Both the position numbers and the translations under genes were made by a program. A DNA stretch of 64,000 bases, from the NCBI RefSeq assembly GCF_009914755.1, contig NC_060930.1; one strand, 5' to 3'. A model generated the notes under the pieces. The model made no database searches. It was not told the origin of the DNA and saw nothing but the letters and a program-made list of their open reading frames with translations. Every line of letters begins with the position of its first letter. Position 1 is the first letter of the stretch. Origin of the DNA: the human T2T-CHM13v2.0 reference genome, Homo sapiens. Shown here one piece after another: positions 13,041 to 27,541 of the stretch.

Positions 13041-14504
13041 ATTTATAATGTGACTCCATTATTAGGTGCACCTTTTTAAAGACACATCTTACATTTTAAA
13101 AATAGCTTTCTTAGCCAAGAGAAAAATTTAATTTAAATATTTGTGAAAATAGGGAAAAAATAAAATCATTATCACCTGTGATTGTCTTATCTCCCAAAAT
13201 GAAATTTCTTCTCTGGAAAGTTTAAAAAGTTTATGTTAAAGAGATTGTGGTTTTTTCAAAATGTATTTTTTGGTTTTTGAGCCAAAGGTCACACCTAAAA
13301 GCAGATTTCTCCGGATTCAAAACTTCCAACATCTTAAGCAGTCAAGCCAACTAAGATTATATGAACAGTCAGAATAGTAACAACAAATAAATTCAAGAGG
13401 CCTGTATTGTTCTTGGAAACCAGGTGGCCACAACAATGAAACCACACACAAATATACATAATTTGCATGGGGTCCTTAACATTATTGTACTAGTGAGAAA
13501 AGGATCTCTTGTGGACTTGAGAAAAACTTTTAAGTCAGATAATACAGAAGGACTTCAGAATTAAAAATCAGTAATCAGAAATAGAAATGCTAAGCTGAAT
13601 ATGAAAAAAGTTAACTTTATTGAAACACTCTTAAAAGAGTATTGCCAATGCAGCCAGAAATTCAGAATTTTCTTTTATACTATGAAATAACAGAAAAAAC
13701 AGCTTTTGTGTTAAAGAACATCTATTATATGTCTAAGCATACTACTTTAAGTCTAATTTCTAAATACTATTTGTAAATAGTTTCTGCCTTCTAGGGTTAC
13801 TCAGTTTATGCTTCCTTTCATTTTACCTCATTAAAAATAATTTGCTTTGAGTCAAAGATTTTTCCAGCAGTAAAAGGTGAAATCTTTTTTTATAAAACAA
13901 AAAGCATCAGTGTTATTATCCTTTATATTTTCTATAGTTTAAAAAAAAAAACTTCTAAGAAAATGGAATATAATGACCACATATAACTTTAAATTTGAAG
14001 TGCTATGAGTACATGAATAGTCCACTGAAAATCTTAACTTACTATTAGTCTTACAATGTATGGGTTTCAAGTTTTCCATAACCTATTTTATTTTCAGAAG
14101 TTTTTTATTCTCAGTTTTGTCACTGTTTGCTTGTTTAATTCTGCTTCCTTCCATAGAACAAACTTGTAGTTACCAACTTAGCCATCTTTGTTAGCAGATC
14201 TGACCTTTGAGTGTGTTGATGCCCTTCATATGCTTGTGGCATCAAGCTTTCCCTTCCTTTGTTACTATTCCCCACACTATCCTAACAACTGACTGCCCCT
14301 TTTTCTTAGCACCTGTTACCCAGAGAATTAGATTATACTGTGTAGCGTTTTATTTAAAGTAGAAAACTCTTGGCATTTCTATTTCTAGAATAAGTATCTC
14401 AGTGTGGGGATTATTTCTACAGTAACTCCTATACATATATGTATTATATAGATGGCCTTCACAGAATATAAATAGGGTGAATATAAATATTCACCATTTC
14501 CTCA

Positions 14505-14876
<372 letters not shown>

Positions 14877-15865
14877 TCACTAAGATTATGATAAATCAGA
14901 ACAGTACAAGATAATATAAAGATGAAATTCCCAATGTACATTTAAATTCTCAACAATTACACTACATAATTTATTCTATATTAAAATACAGTTTACAAAT
15001 TTAAGAAAAATAGCTACACAGAACACTAAAACAAATATTAAACAGAGAGAACCCCCTACCAGAAAAAACAAACATAAATGCAACAACCACAGGAGGACAC
15101 ATTTTCTGTGCATATTCCGTTTGCTAATACACCAAAATAATTTTGTTTTGATTTAAAGAAACACATACACGTTTTATATAACATAAGAGATTACATCCTA
15201 TTCAATCACTGCAAGTTTCTCAAGACTGTGATCCAAATATAAAAGCCAAACAGGGTGTGGTCTTACCACACTACAGATATGTTTATATCATCATTAAGAG
15301 ATTTTTACCTTATCAGTTACTTCTATAAGGAGTTTTCAAATAATAAAAACCTCAATTAAACCCTCTTTCAAGTATAATTTTAAGCAAAAGGGTACAAAAC
15401 AAAGCATGTCAAGGTAACATATGTGATTACAATCAGATGCAACTACATTGTCTTGGTTTGTTTCTTTAAGGTACTTCATGTAGTTTGACATTGACAGTTT
15501 TGCCTTGTACTTCAAAAAGTCTCGCCAAAATTAATTTTTAATTTTAGCAAAGAGAGTATTAGAAGACATAATCCAAGAATCACTTCCTTCTCATAAGTGG
15601 TACTGGGAAACAGGTCTGGATCTCAATTCATCTCTTCCTTAGTTTACTTTAAGTATTAGTCGATATTCCCTGAATATTAAGATGGGTTAAAAGTCAAAAA
15701 TGTGATGGGTAGCCAATATAACTAGCCACATTAAAATATTTAAAGTAGCTGATATTACTATGTACTAAAACTTAAAAATATAAAAATACAAAAAAAAGCA
15801 TGATATATATACTATATGTTTTACTAAATAGTGTGAAATTTAAATTTATTAAAAACCGCTCAGCA

Positions 15866-16170
15866 GGCTGGGCATGGTGGCTCACGCCTGTAATCCTAAC
15901 AGTTTGGGAGGCCGAGGCAGGTGGATCACCTGAGGTCAGGGGCTCGAGACCAGCCTGGCCAAAATGGCAAAACCCCATCTCTACTAAAAATACAAAAATT
16001 AGCCGGGCCTGGTGGCGCATGCCTGTGATCCCAGCTACTTGGGAGGCTGAGGGCAGGAAAACCGCTTGATCCCAGGAGGCAGAGGTTGCAGTGGGCCAAA
16101 ACTGCGCCACTGCCCTCCAACCTGGGTGACACAGTGAGACTCTGTCTCAAAAACAAAACAAAACAAAAAA
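15866..16170 (+). mobile_element. Alu (S-type), ~150 nt into intron 3
   Basis: Full dimer. Imperfect TSD aaaaaccgctcagc / aaaaccccactcagc. Confidence 0.95.
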
Positions 16171-16318
16171 ACCCCACTCAGCTTTCACTTAAAATTCATA
16201 ATGATGATTAAAAACACAGAAAATCAGTATCTTTAAATATTACAATTTCTTACTTGAAAAATTTAACCAGAAAGAGCTACTCATAAGACATAATACTGTA
16301 ATTCAATTACAAGTGTAC

Positions 16319-16371
16319 CTGGTAGTCTATTCATGTTCACACCTTGAGCAGAAAGACCAATTCCCATGTAA
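16319..16371 (-). CDS. RANBP9: RANBP9 coding exon (exon 3, 53 nt): YMGIGLSAQGVNMNRLP(G)
   Basis: Polypyrimidine tract ...ccttttcttctctcccccaacctccgccaacAG|TTACATGGGAATT...AGACTACCAG|GTacac. In frame with the flanking exons. Confidence 0.97.
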
Positions 16372-16781
16372 CTGTTGGCGGAGGTTGGGGGAGAGAAGAA
16401 AAGGACATTATTACAGTCATATATGTATAAATTACCAAACAGTCTCAAACAATATCAGAACCAAGCCCAAGTTGGAACTCCTAAGGTAGCAACAAAAATT
16501 TTATTACAATTTATTATGTAACAACAACGGGCAATATTAAGTACCAGTAATACTCAGACTTCACAGCAAACTCATATGGTAATAATTCATAAATACACAC
16601 AAAGCATTAATATACAGCTATGCACTCTACTGACACCTATAAAAAATCTCGCCAACTTATTTACAGATAAATGTTTGGGATTAAGATTTCTCACAAAAAA
16701 AGCACAGAGGGATTGCAGAAGGAAAAAAAATGTTAAGGAAACAAATGTGTTTCCCAAGGGACACAGTACAAATTTAGACCC

Positions 16782-16789
16782 CACACACA

Positions 16790-16830
<41 letters not shown>
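16782..16830 (+). repeat. (CA)n microsatellite, ~24 units with one interruption
   Basis: Seen directly: cacacacacacacatacacacac... Confidence 0.95.
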
Positions 16831-16834
<4 letters not shown>

Positions 16835-16989
16835 ATATGGATTCATATTTGGAAAAAATTTCAAACTCACATAAAAATATCTTAATAAAATTACCCCAAG
16901 GTATGTATTTTCTATACTAGCTTTCTAAAACTGAGCAAACTGACAAAATCTACCTAAACAGAGGGTTCTTTATTATCAATTTATAAAGT

Positions 16990-19750
16990 TAGAACAAAAC
17001 AGTCTCCACACAATACACAAGGGAAGATTATTAAGGTATTCAATTATTTTTCAAGTGCTTATAAAACATTAACAACAAAACCTGATAAATATAGTTCAAA
17101 GGAAGAAAACATAACACAATACACTTGTAAGTATTAACACAAAAGGAAAAACAAAATAAAAAGCAAACTGAATCCAGTTTGTTAAAAGGCTAATTGCCCA
17201 TTATTGTTATCAAGGTTTTAAATGGCATTTGATAAAATTCGGCCACCATTCCTAATAAGAACTCCAATAAAATAAGAATAAAAGGAAATTATTTAACTAT
17301 GAGACTTTTCCCCCAAATACAGCAAGCAAGATATTCAACAGTAAAACACACTGAAGGCATTTCCACTAAAATCAAGAACAAAGAGATGCCTATAATTGTT
17401 AAATACTGTTTTAGGGGCTTTAGAAAGCTTAATAAAATAAGAAAACTAAATGACTAGCATAAATGTTAAAAGATATAAAAGTACCTTTATTTGTAGTTGG
17501 TATGATTATATACATAGAAAACCACAGAATCTACCAAAACCTTTTATAATTATTTAGGCATTCTGGCAAAGTGACTACATGTAAGAGGAACATTTTAATA
17601 TTTCTTCTAGTATAGCCAGCTGGACAGCCACAATAACTACAGAAAACATAAAACAGGAATAAGGTTCTCAAGGAAGGCTCAAAATTACATATTAAAAGCT
17701 GTATATAAATGGATATAGTTAACTTCTGGATAACTGGAGAGCATAAAAATGGCAATCTTTCAGATAGGCACAGAGGCTCACACCTGGAATCCCAGCACTT
17801 TCAGAGACTGAAGCAGGAGGATCTTTTGAGCCCAAGAATTCAAGACCAGCCTGGGCAACATTGGGAAACCTTGTCTCAAAAAAAAACAAAACCATCAGTT
17901 GTGTGCGGTGGTGCACACCTGTGGTCCTAGCTATGTGGGGGACTGAGGTGGGAGGACTGCTTGACCCCAGGAGGTTGAGGCTGCAGTGAGACATGAATGA
18001 TCACACCACTGCACTCCACCCTGAGTGATAGACCAGGACTCTTGTCACTCAGGCTGGAGGGCAAAAACAAAAAAAGGAGGACAACCTTTCTAAAATGATG
18101 TAGACACACATTTATACATTTCAAGACATATTCCAACAGAAGTTTTAAAACTGAGCAAAATTATTTCAAAGTTCATATGTAAAAATATATAATTTTGATC
18201 AAGACAAAATTTTAAAAAAGAAAACTCAGAGTTTTCCCTACTAGAAATTAAAACTCAGATTCACAAGAGCAATATTACTACTATGAGCATATGCCAAGTG
18301 AGACAAGAGTGACAAAACATTAAGAAACAACACATAGATGTCTAGTCAAGAAGGCTCATTAAGTTTGTATTTTGATTCAGCCCCTTTGCTAGAAGTACAA
18401 TATAAAATGTTAAGTATTACTTTTTATTTAGAAAGGCTAAGTCACAAGAAGATGAGAAGAAACACAAGGCTGTGAATGGGGATATAAGCTGTGGACCTGC
18501 AAAGCTCTGAGTCTATGAGCACTCAATAGTGGCTCAAAGTTCCCCCTCCTCTGGGTAAACAAGGACTAAAAATGTTCCATAAGAGGAGTATTAGCTATGC
18601 TTACTGCTTAAAGCCAAAGGCTGGAATAGCCTTCTCCTCTTGAAAGGAAGCTAAGAATATACTGATATCCCCTGTTGCCTAAGCTAGAGCTTATTTGACA
18701 TTGTGGTGTAGTTAAGGGGAAAGAGAGAGGAGAAACCTCTTAACCAGGATCTAAACCAGTTAGTTATTGAATGGATCCATGACAGAACCTGCAATACTCT
18801 CAATATCATGCTGAAGCAAGAACCCGGAAACTCTAATACAAACCTAGTTTTGGATTGGGAGGAATGAATTGAAAATCAAGTAAAAACTGTAAGAAAGAAA
18901 ATAAGCATAGAAAAAGACAGATGGGCAAAATGAAGAAAAATGTTAAACTTCCCAATCAAAATAAGGCTGCAAGGACAAAATTCTAAAATATAATATCAAC
19001 AAATGTGACACAACAGGCATGTGGGAAAAAAAATGAGAAAAAAAGAGAAAGACCAATAAAATAAATGGCTGGAACATGAATTCATTCTAGATGATATCAC
19101 CCAATGGATAGTATGATTTTAAAAAAACATAAAAATAAGTATATTTAGGAATATACTAAAAGAAAAAAACATAATCACTAAGATATAAGGACAGTGGTGT
19201 ACCAATATTTGCTGAGATAATTTAGATAGTAATTTTCCAGAATTGAAAAACATGTTGTTGAACTGAAAATACACACTACATACTGAGGAAGATAAAAATT
19301 AAGTCACACATAAGACACACTGTAGAATATCAATCACGGGCATAATCTTAAAAGCTACCAGAAAGAAAAGCAGATTACCTAGCAAGAAATGGCAATTAGA
19401 CTGACTTCAGACTTCTCCCCAGCAACAACTGATGACGAAAAACAATGGCACAATATGTTCAAAGTATTGAAAGTAAAGTAACTGTCTACCTAGAACTTAG
19501 GTCCCAGGTAATGCAGCAAGAATGAGGGAAAAAATAAGATATTTTAAGACACATAAAAGCTAATGGTTTACTATACACAGACTGTCACAAAAGAACTATC
19601 TGACGACATACTTTAGCAGCAGGGAGACAAGTGAAAATAGAAGAAAAGCATGGACAAGGAAACAATCAGCACAGAAAATGACAAAATATATCACTAAAAG
19701 TCATTATCAATTTAAAAAATACTATTCAGAGTTTTAAAATCTATCATCCA
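16990..19750 (+). mobile_element. Highly decayed L1M ORF2 and ORF1 fragments
   Basis: RT-region remnants (ggcatttgataaaattc, gaaggcatttccactaaaatcaagaaca) and ORF1 remnants (aattagactgacttcagacttctccccagcaacaactgatg). Confidence 0.6.
17765..18077 (+). mobile_element. AluJ with fold-back 3' end
   Basis: AluJ-type gaggttgaggctgcagtgag. See finding. Confidence 0.9.
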
Positions 19751-19978
19751 TACATAATGTGCTAGAACACAATTACCCGACATACAAAGGAACAAAAAAT
19801 ATCCATGCTCAAAAGAAAGCACAAACAGGGAATGGCCCTGAGACAATCCAGATGTGAGAATTAGCAGACAAAAAAATTTAAACCAGGTACTGTTACAATG
19901 CACAAGATGTAGGGAGAAATACTCTTGCTTTGAATGAAAAGAAATTCCAGAAAAGAAAAAGAATCAATAAAAAGGGAC

Positions 19979-20330
19979 TACTATGGTCTGAATGCGTGTG
20001 TCCCCCAAAATTCTTATGTTGAAACCCGGTCCCTAATATGGTGGTATTATGAGATGGGGCCTCTGGGAGGTCATGAAGGCTCCACCCTCAGGAATGGGAT
20101 TTTTGCCCTAATAAAAGAGGCGTGAGAAGGCTTGTTTGCCCCTTCTGCCATGTAAGGACACATAGGTGTTTTCTATGAAGCAGAGAGTTCTCACCAGAAA
20201 CTGAATCTGCTGGAACCTTTTAAACTTGGGCTTTCAAGCCTCCAGAACTGTGAGCAATAAATGTATGCTGTTTATACAATAAATTACCCGGCCTAAGGTG
20301 TTTTGTTACTGCAGCCCAAACAAAAACAAG
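19979..20330 (+). mobile_element. MaLR LTR (MLT1A-like)
   Basis: Starts ctatggtctgaatgcgtgtgtcccccaaaattc, contains gcctccagaactgtgagcaataaat, and ends ttttgttactgcagcccaaaca, all typical of MLT1A/MST. Confidence 0.8.
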
Positions 20331-22040
20331 AACCAAACAGAAATTCTGGAGCTGAAAACTGTATGAAATAAATCTTTACTGATGTACTTAATGGCAGACT
20401 GAAGATGGCAAAACAAATAGTAACATGAAAACAGACCTTATCTGAAGGACAGAGAAAAAAAGGTAGGGGTATGGGGGGAAAGAGTCCTTGGAACAGTATC
20501 AAAATACATATAACCAATCCCAAGGAAAAAGAGAATAGGACAGAAAAGAAATTGAAAATAATTCCCCAAATTTGGTAAAAGACAAAAACGTATAGATTCA
20601 AGAAGCTCAGCAAACATTAATTAAATAAAAAGAAAACCACACCTAGGCACAAATCACAGCTGAACTGCTGAAAACTAACAAAAAAGAAAAAAAGTGCAGA
20701 AAACAGCTAGAGAAAAACGACATATTACTTTCACAGGAACACTGAGTTGAATTTCCACTGACTTATTAGAAAATATAAGGCCAGAAGACAGTGGAATGAA
20801 ATCTTTAAAAGTGCTAAAAAGAAAAAAAACCCAAAAGCCTGCCAACACAAAATGTTATTTTCAAGAGAAATATTCTTAAGAATAAAAGTGAAACAAACAC
20901 ATTTTCAGATAAAAGAAAAACATAATGTGTTGCTAGCAAACCTACACTTAAAAAAATGCTCTTAATTTTCCTAAAACACGACTCTTTAAAGCAAAAATGG
21001 TAACATGTATTGTGTAGTTTATAACATACCATAGATGTAATACATATGACAATTACAGCAAGGACAGGAGGAAGTGATAAATGTAGAAATGCAAGTTTCT
21101 ATATTTTACATAAAATGGTTCAATATTAATTCTCAACAGGTTATGAAAAAAGATACACAAAATCTAGAATGGCTAAAAATAGCAGAGACATAAAGGTCAG
21201 TAAATAAAAAGAAATTCTAATAATGTATCAAAACGATAACATATGATTACTAGATAGTGTTTAACCCAAGAACAAAAGATTGGTTTAACATTCAAAACCA
21301 ATCAATGTATTTTTCTATACTAGGGGAAAATTCCTATCATGAAATAGCTGCAGTGAAAACACCTGATACAATTTAACACCATTCAAAATAAATACACTTG
21401 GCAAACTAACAAGGGAACTTCCTCAACCTGTACCTACAAAAACTCTACAACTTACATGCTTAATAGTGAAATACTGAACACTATTCTCCAAGGACCAACA
21501 AAAAAGCAAGAAGGCCAGTGCTCACCACTCGTATTCAACACCATACTACAAATCCTAGCCATTTCAACAAGGCAAAAAAGAGAAATAAAATGCATAAAAA
21601 TCAAAAAGAAATAAAGCTGGCTCTATGTACAGATGATATGACTGTTTATAAAGAAAATCCTAAGGAATCTACAAAATAACTGCAATAAGTGAATTTAGGA
21701 AGGTTGCAGGATACAAAGTTAATATACAAAGTCCACTGTATTTGGCAGCAAATACTAGAAAAACAAAATTTAAAAAACCAATTCTATCTACAACAGCATC
21801 AGAAAACATAAAACATCGAACAAAAGCCATGCAGCCCTCTCTACTAAAAATTACCAAACATCACTTTGGGAAATCTTAAAAGACGTAAATAAATGGCAAA
21901 ACATATCATGTCTACGAATTGGGCACCTCAACTGCAATTCTCTTCAAACTGATCACAGAGTCAACACAATCCAAAGCATAACCACAATAGGCTTTTCTTT
22001 TTTTTTAATCTGAAAAGCTGATTCTAAAGTGTATATAGAA

Positions 22041-22314
22041 GCTGATTAATGAATGTACATACACAGCTTAATAGAAGAAATAAGACCTAGTGTTAGATCA
22101 GTAAGATGACTATAGTTCACAATATTCTATTGCACATTTCAAAATAGCTAGAAGAGAGTAATTCAAATGTTTCCAGCATAAAGACAAATATTTAAGGTAA
22201 CAGATACCCCCAATACACTGATTTGATCTTTACAATTATATGAATGTATTATCACTGTACCCCCAAAACATGGACACCTATTATGCAGCTATAAAAAATT
22301 TAAATTAAATAAGT
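22041..22314 (+). mobile_element. 5'-truncated L1MA 3' end nested in older L1
   Basis: atttcaaaatagctagaagagag...agatacccc...ctgatttgatctttaca L1MA 3'UTR, an A-rich tail, and an imperfect TSD aaagtgtatatagaa (22026-22040) / aaaatgtatatggaa (22315-22329). Confidence 0.8.
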
Positions 22315-23828
22315 AAAATGTATATGGAAATGTGAAGGATCTAAAACATCCCAAAAAAGCTTGGAAAGCTGTAGAAGTTACACAATCTGACTTCAAAACA
22401 TAGCATGGGCTGAGTAATCTAAACAGTATGGTACTGGCTTAAGGATCAACAAATAGATCAATGCAACAGATTAAGGAGTCTAACAAAGAGACCCACATTT
22501 ATAGTCATTTAATATTTTACAAAAGTGCCTAGACAGTCCAAAAGAGGATGGAAAGTCTTTTGAACAAATAGTAAAAAGATAACTGACATCCATGTGGAAA
22601 AAAGTAAGCCTTAATCTCTATCTCACACAATACACAAAAATCAAATGAAGATGAATCACAGTCCTAAATATAAATGTTAAAAACTATAAAGGTTCTATAA
22701 GAAAACATGTAAAACTATCTTAATGACTTGAGGATAAAGCAAAGATTTATTAGGACACAAAAAGGAAGACCCATAAAAGAGTAAACTCATAAATAAAACT
22801 TTAGCAAAATTTAAAACTTAACAAAAGACATAGATGATCCAATTTTCAAAAATGAACAAAAGGTCTGAATAGATATTTCACAAAATAAGATACTGCAAAC
22901 AGCCAAGGAGTACATGAAAAAGTGCTCCAAATTGTCAGTCATCAGGAAAATGCAAATTAAAACCACACTGAGATACAACTGCATACCTGCCAGAATAATT
23001 AAAATTTATAAAACCAACAAGATCAGTGTTGCCAAGCATATGGCACAACAGGAACTTTCATATGTTTTTGGTGGGAATTTAAAACAATAAAACCTCTGAA
23101 ACAAAGGCTGGCAGTTGCTCATAGGACTGAACACCTGCCTACCCTACGACCCAGCAATACCACTCATAAGAAAAATGAAGATGTGTCTACCAAAAAAATT
23201 TGTACAAATAGGTTCATGGCAGATTTCTTCACAACAGTGAAAAACTTGAAACAGCCTGGCTATCCATCAACAAGCGAACAGATATACAAATTGTGGTATA
23301 TTCTACTCAGCAACAAAAACAAAAATACAATTACTGATAAACACAAATGGATCAATCTCAAAATGTCATGCTGACTCAAGGAAGCTTTACATACAAGAAG
23401 AGCATATGTCATATAATTCCTTTTATATGAAATTTTGCAACAAGAAAAATCAATCTAAGGTAGTAAACAAGTCAAAACAGTGGCTGCCTCTGAAAGGGTG
23501 GCTCAAGGGCCTAACTAGGAAGGAGCATGAGGGAACATTTCTGAGAATGATGATGTTCTATACTTTGATAGAGGTTTGTATTTCATGGGCATACACATCT
23601 GCAAAACTTATCAAAGAGTACACTTAAGATGTGTGCATTTCACCAAATGTAAACTGTACCACACACACACACACAAAAAGAGAAGTAAGCTGACATCAAA
23701 CTCTAGTTAATGATATATACATGCTGTAGTGATTAGGAGGGAAGTATACCTACACTGAAATGTATCAAAGACTAAGACGGATCAACTGATGAAAAGAGGA
23801 ATAAAGAGATACCTTATAAAATAATTAT

Positions 23829-24525
23829 AGTCAGGTCCGCTATATCATGACATACGAGTTTCAAAAAAACCACATTATACAAAATCATGCAATAAAAGCT
23901 ACAAGGTTTACGAAGGAAATGGGATTGGAAGCACAGCATGCAAAAATGTCAGTAACACATTTTTGAAAAGATAAGAACCCAATAAAAACAATTTTACACC
24001 AATTAAATTATTAAGGAATAGGCCAGGCACAGTGGCTCATGCCTGTAATCCCAAAGGAAAACAAAACTGGGAGGCCATGGTGAGAGAAGCGCTTGAGTCC
24101 AGGAGTTCAAGACCAGCCTGGGACCCCGTCTCTCCAAAAAAAAAAAAAAAAAAAAAAAAAAAGATTGGCAGGGTGGTGCATTGCCTGTAGTCCCAGCTAC
24201 TCGGGAGGATCACTTGAGCCTGAGAGGTCGAGGCTGCAGTAAGACATGATGGTACTACTGCACTCCAGTCTGGGTGACAGAGGCCTTGTCTCAAAACAAC
24301 AACAACAACAAAAAATTGTTATGGAATAAATACTACAAGAAAGTGAGTATTTTACCTTGAAAAACACCTAAGTTTATGCCTGGGAAATGGGTGTCATAAG
24401 AGTTACCACTTGTGAGTTACTGTGAAGTGATGAAAGGAGGGTTATCTGACAAAGGGAAATTTGTAATACCAGTTGTGGCTGGGTGTGGCTCATGACACAC
24501 AGTAAACTGAATAGCTGGTAGATAT
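23829..24525 (+). mobile_element. Tigger8-like DNA transposon fragment, interrupted by an Alu
   Basis: aaaatcatgcaataaaa...tttaccttgaaaa...cttgtgagttactgtgaagtgatgaaaggagggttatctga...gggtgtggctcat. Confidence 0.6.
24021..24314 (+). mobile_element. AluJ
   Basis: Dimer with deletions. TSD aaattattaaggaata / aaattgttatggaata. Confidence 0.92.
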
Positions 24526-25012
24526 ATAAAGGCTATCTGACATATAAAAACAAACTCAATCCAACAGTGAGGGACAGGCAAAATTTATGTGAACAAGAAA
24601 TTTATTATTGTGGTACTATGTGTTTACCAAGAGCAATGAACATGAAGATTTTTCAGATCAATATGTCAACGTAGATCATCACAAATTATGCATTTATTAA
24701 CAGTTATGTAAGTAATGTTTGTGCCTAACATACAATGGAGACTAACAGCATTCTAGTTTAATTCCTATTATTGATAGGCTTAAGCCTACTATCTTGCTAT
24801 CTGTCCATCTGTTCTCTCCATCTTTTTCTGTGTTCTTTTTAATTCTTATTTTTGTTTTATGGCCATTATTAGTTTTCTGCTATACCTTTTGGCAGTATAT
24901 TAATGACTACCTTATTAAGATTTTAATGCATCTTTGATCTATTACATTCTTGATTAAGTTAGTATATGTATCACATGCTGGCAATGCAAGAAACACTTTT
25001 AAAAACCTATTT

Positions 25013-25408
25013 ACAGTGATGTTCCACATAACAAATGTTTCGGTCAACAACAGACCGCATGTACAACAATAGTCCTATAAGATTATAATGGAGCTGTTCT
25101 ATACAAGTGTGCCATTTTAAATCTTTTATACCACACATTTTTACTGTATCTTTCCTATGTGATGTATTTAGATACACAAAACCATTGTGTTACAATTCCC
25201 TATTGTAACACAATAACAAGCTATTCAGTTTTGTAGCCTAGGAGCAGAGCAATAGACCACACAACATGGCCTAGGTGTTTAATAAGCCATGTGGTATGGT
25301 CTATACCATTTAGGTTTGTGTAAGTACATTCTATGATATTCCTACAATGACAAAATCACCTAACCACACATTCTTCAGAACGTATCCCCATTCTTACGCA
25401 ACACATTT
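25013..25408 (+). mobile_element. Tigger3 (MER7/Golem)-derived MITE
   Basis: gtttcggtcaacaacagaccgcat...ataagattataatggagctg...gtttgtgtaagtacattctatgat...cagaacgtatcccc. Confidence 0.8.
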
Positions 25409-27119
25409 TTTGTTACTGTTGTCAAAAATTAAAATTAAATAAAAAAGAAAGATCTCTAATTAGTAATCCAATTTCTACCATTAAGAATGAACTAAACCCA
25501 AAGCAGGTAGCAGAAAAGGAATTATAAAGATTAGGGGAGAAATAAGAGGAGAGACTAGAAAAACAATAGAATCAACAAATTCAAAAGTAGGTTCTACTAA
25601 GCAAGAAAAATAAAAGAAGACTCAAATTACTAAACATCAGGAATTACAAGAGTATTACTACTAAACTAAAAAGGATCATAAGAAAACAATTATTAAATAC
25701 TATGAACAATGAATTACATAACCTCCTTTAAATGGACAAATTCCTAGAAAGACACAAACTACTGAAACTGCATAGTAATTTTAAAACACAAAGACAAGCC
25801 CGTGCTCAGATGGCTTCACTGGGGAAATCTACCAAACATAAAAATTAACATTAATCTTTCCCAGACTCTTCCAAAAAAGCTAGAAATACTTCCTAACTCA
25901 TTCTACAAAGCCAGTACTATCTTGTTACCAAAACTAGATAAAGGCATCACAAAAAAACTACAGAAAAAATATCCTTCATTAATACAAATGCAAAAATCCT
26001 CAACAAATTACTAGGAAATCAAATCCAGCAACACATAAAAAAGATTATAAATCATGACCAAATGGGATTTATATCCCAAAAACATGAAGTTCGTTTAACA
26101 AACAAAAATCAATCAATGTAATATATTAAGAAAATAAAGAACAAAATCCATATAATCATCTCAACAGGCATAGAAAAAGAATTTCACAAAACTCATCACC
26201 CTTTCACGATTTAAAAAAAATCATGAAAAATCATGACTCAGCAAGCTTGAAACAGAAGGAAACTTCCTCACACTGATAAAGAACATCTATGAAAAATCCC
26301 CAGCTAACAGCATACTTAGTGGTAAAAGACTGAATACTTTGACCTTAAGATTAGGGACAAAAAAAAGGATGTCTTCTCTCACCACTTCTATTCAACATAG
26401 TACTGAAACTTCTACCCTGGGCAAGAGGGCAAGAAAAAGACATAAAAGCCATCAGATCAGAAAGCAAGAAATAAGCATCCTCTATTGACAGATGGCACAA
26501 TTTTGTATATAGAAAATCCTAAAGAATCTCCTCCCCCAAAATTATTAAAAGTAATCAAGTTCAACAAGACTACAAGATACAAGATTAATATGCAAAAATC
26601 AGTTGTATTTCTACACACTAGAAATAATTTGAAAATGAATTTAAGAAAATACTTTCATTTGGAACAGAATAAAAAAAAAGAATACTTAGGAATAAATATA
26701 ACAAAAGAAGTGTGAAATCTGAACACTAAAAACGACATTGTTGAAAAAATGAAAGAACTGCTAAGTAAATGGAAAGACTCCCCATGCCATATTCATGGAT
26801 TTGAAGACTAAATGCTGTTAAAATAGCAATACTCCCCAAATTAATCTAGAGATTCAACACAAACCCTATCAAAATCCTAACTTGCTTTGCTGCAGAAATT
26901 GACAAACTGATCCTGAAATCATACACAAATGCAAGGGCCCAGTAGAGCCAAAATAATCTTGAAAAAGAACAAAAAAGTTGGAAGACTCACACATTCCAAT
27001 TTTAAAACTCAATAAAAAGCTACAGTAACCAAGAGAATGTGTTGCTGGCTTAAAAACAGACATAGAGATCAATGCCATAGAATTGAGATTTCAGAAACTC
27101 TTGTATTCACGATCAATTA

Positions 27120-27426
27120 ATTTTGTTATTGTTGTTGTTTTGCGACAAGTAAGGTCTCACTTTAACCAGGCTGCAGTGCAGTGGCATGACCACAGCTTAC
27201 TGCAGCCTTTTTTCTCCCGATTAGGTGATCCTCACACCTCAGCCCCCGAGTAGCTGGGACTACAGTTGCATGCCACCATGCCTGGCTAACTTTTTTTCGC
27301 ATTTTTTGTACAGACAGGGTTTCTCCATGTTGCCCAGGCTAGTCTCAAACTCCTGGGCTCAAGCAATACTGTCCACCTTGGCCTCCCAAAGTGTTGGGAT
27401 TACAGGTGTGAGCCACAGCATCTGGT
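27120..27426 (-). mobile_element. AluJ
   Basis: Reverse dimer. Confidence 0.9.
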
Positions 27427-27541
27427 AGATGAATTGATTTTTGACAAGCAGGAAAAAACAATCCAGTGGGGAAAGAACTGGTTTTTTTTTTTTCAACAAA
27501 TGGTACTGGGAAAACATACAAATGCAAATGAATGCAGCTGA

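Larger units (their letters stand above)
19760..23830 (+). mobile_element. L1M element (ORF1, partial ORF2, 3'UTR), interrupted by MLT1A and a younger L1MA 3' end
   Basis: ORF1 motifs (gattcaagaagctcagcaaac, ggccagaagacagtggaatg), RT motifs (ctctatgtacagatgatatgactgt) and the C-terminal motif aaatgcaaattaaaaccaca. Confidence 0.8.
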
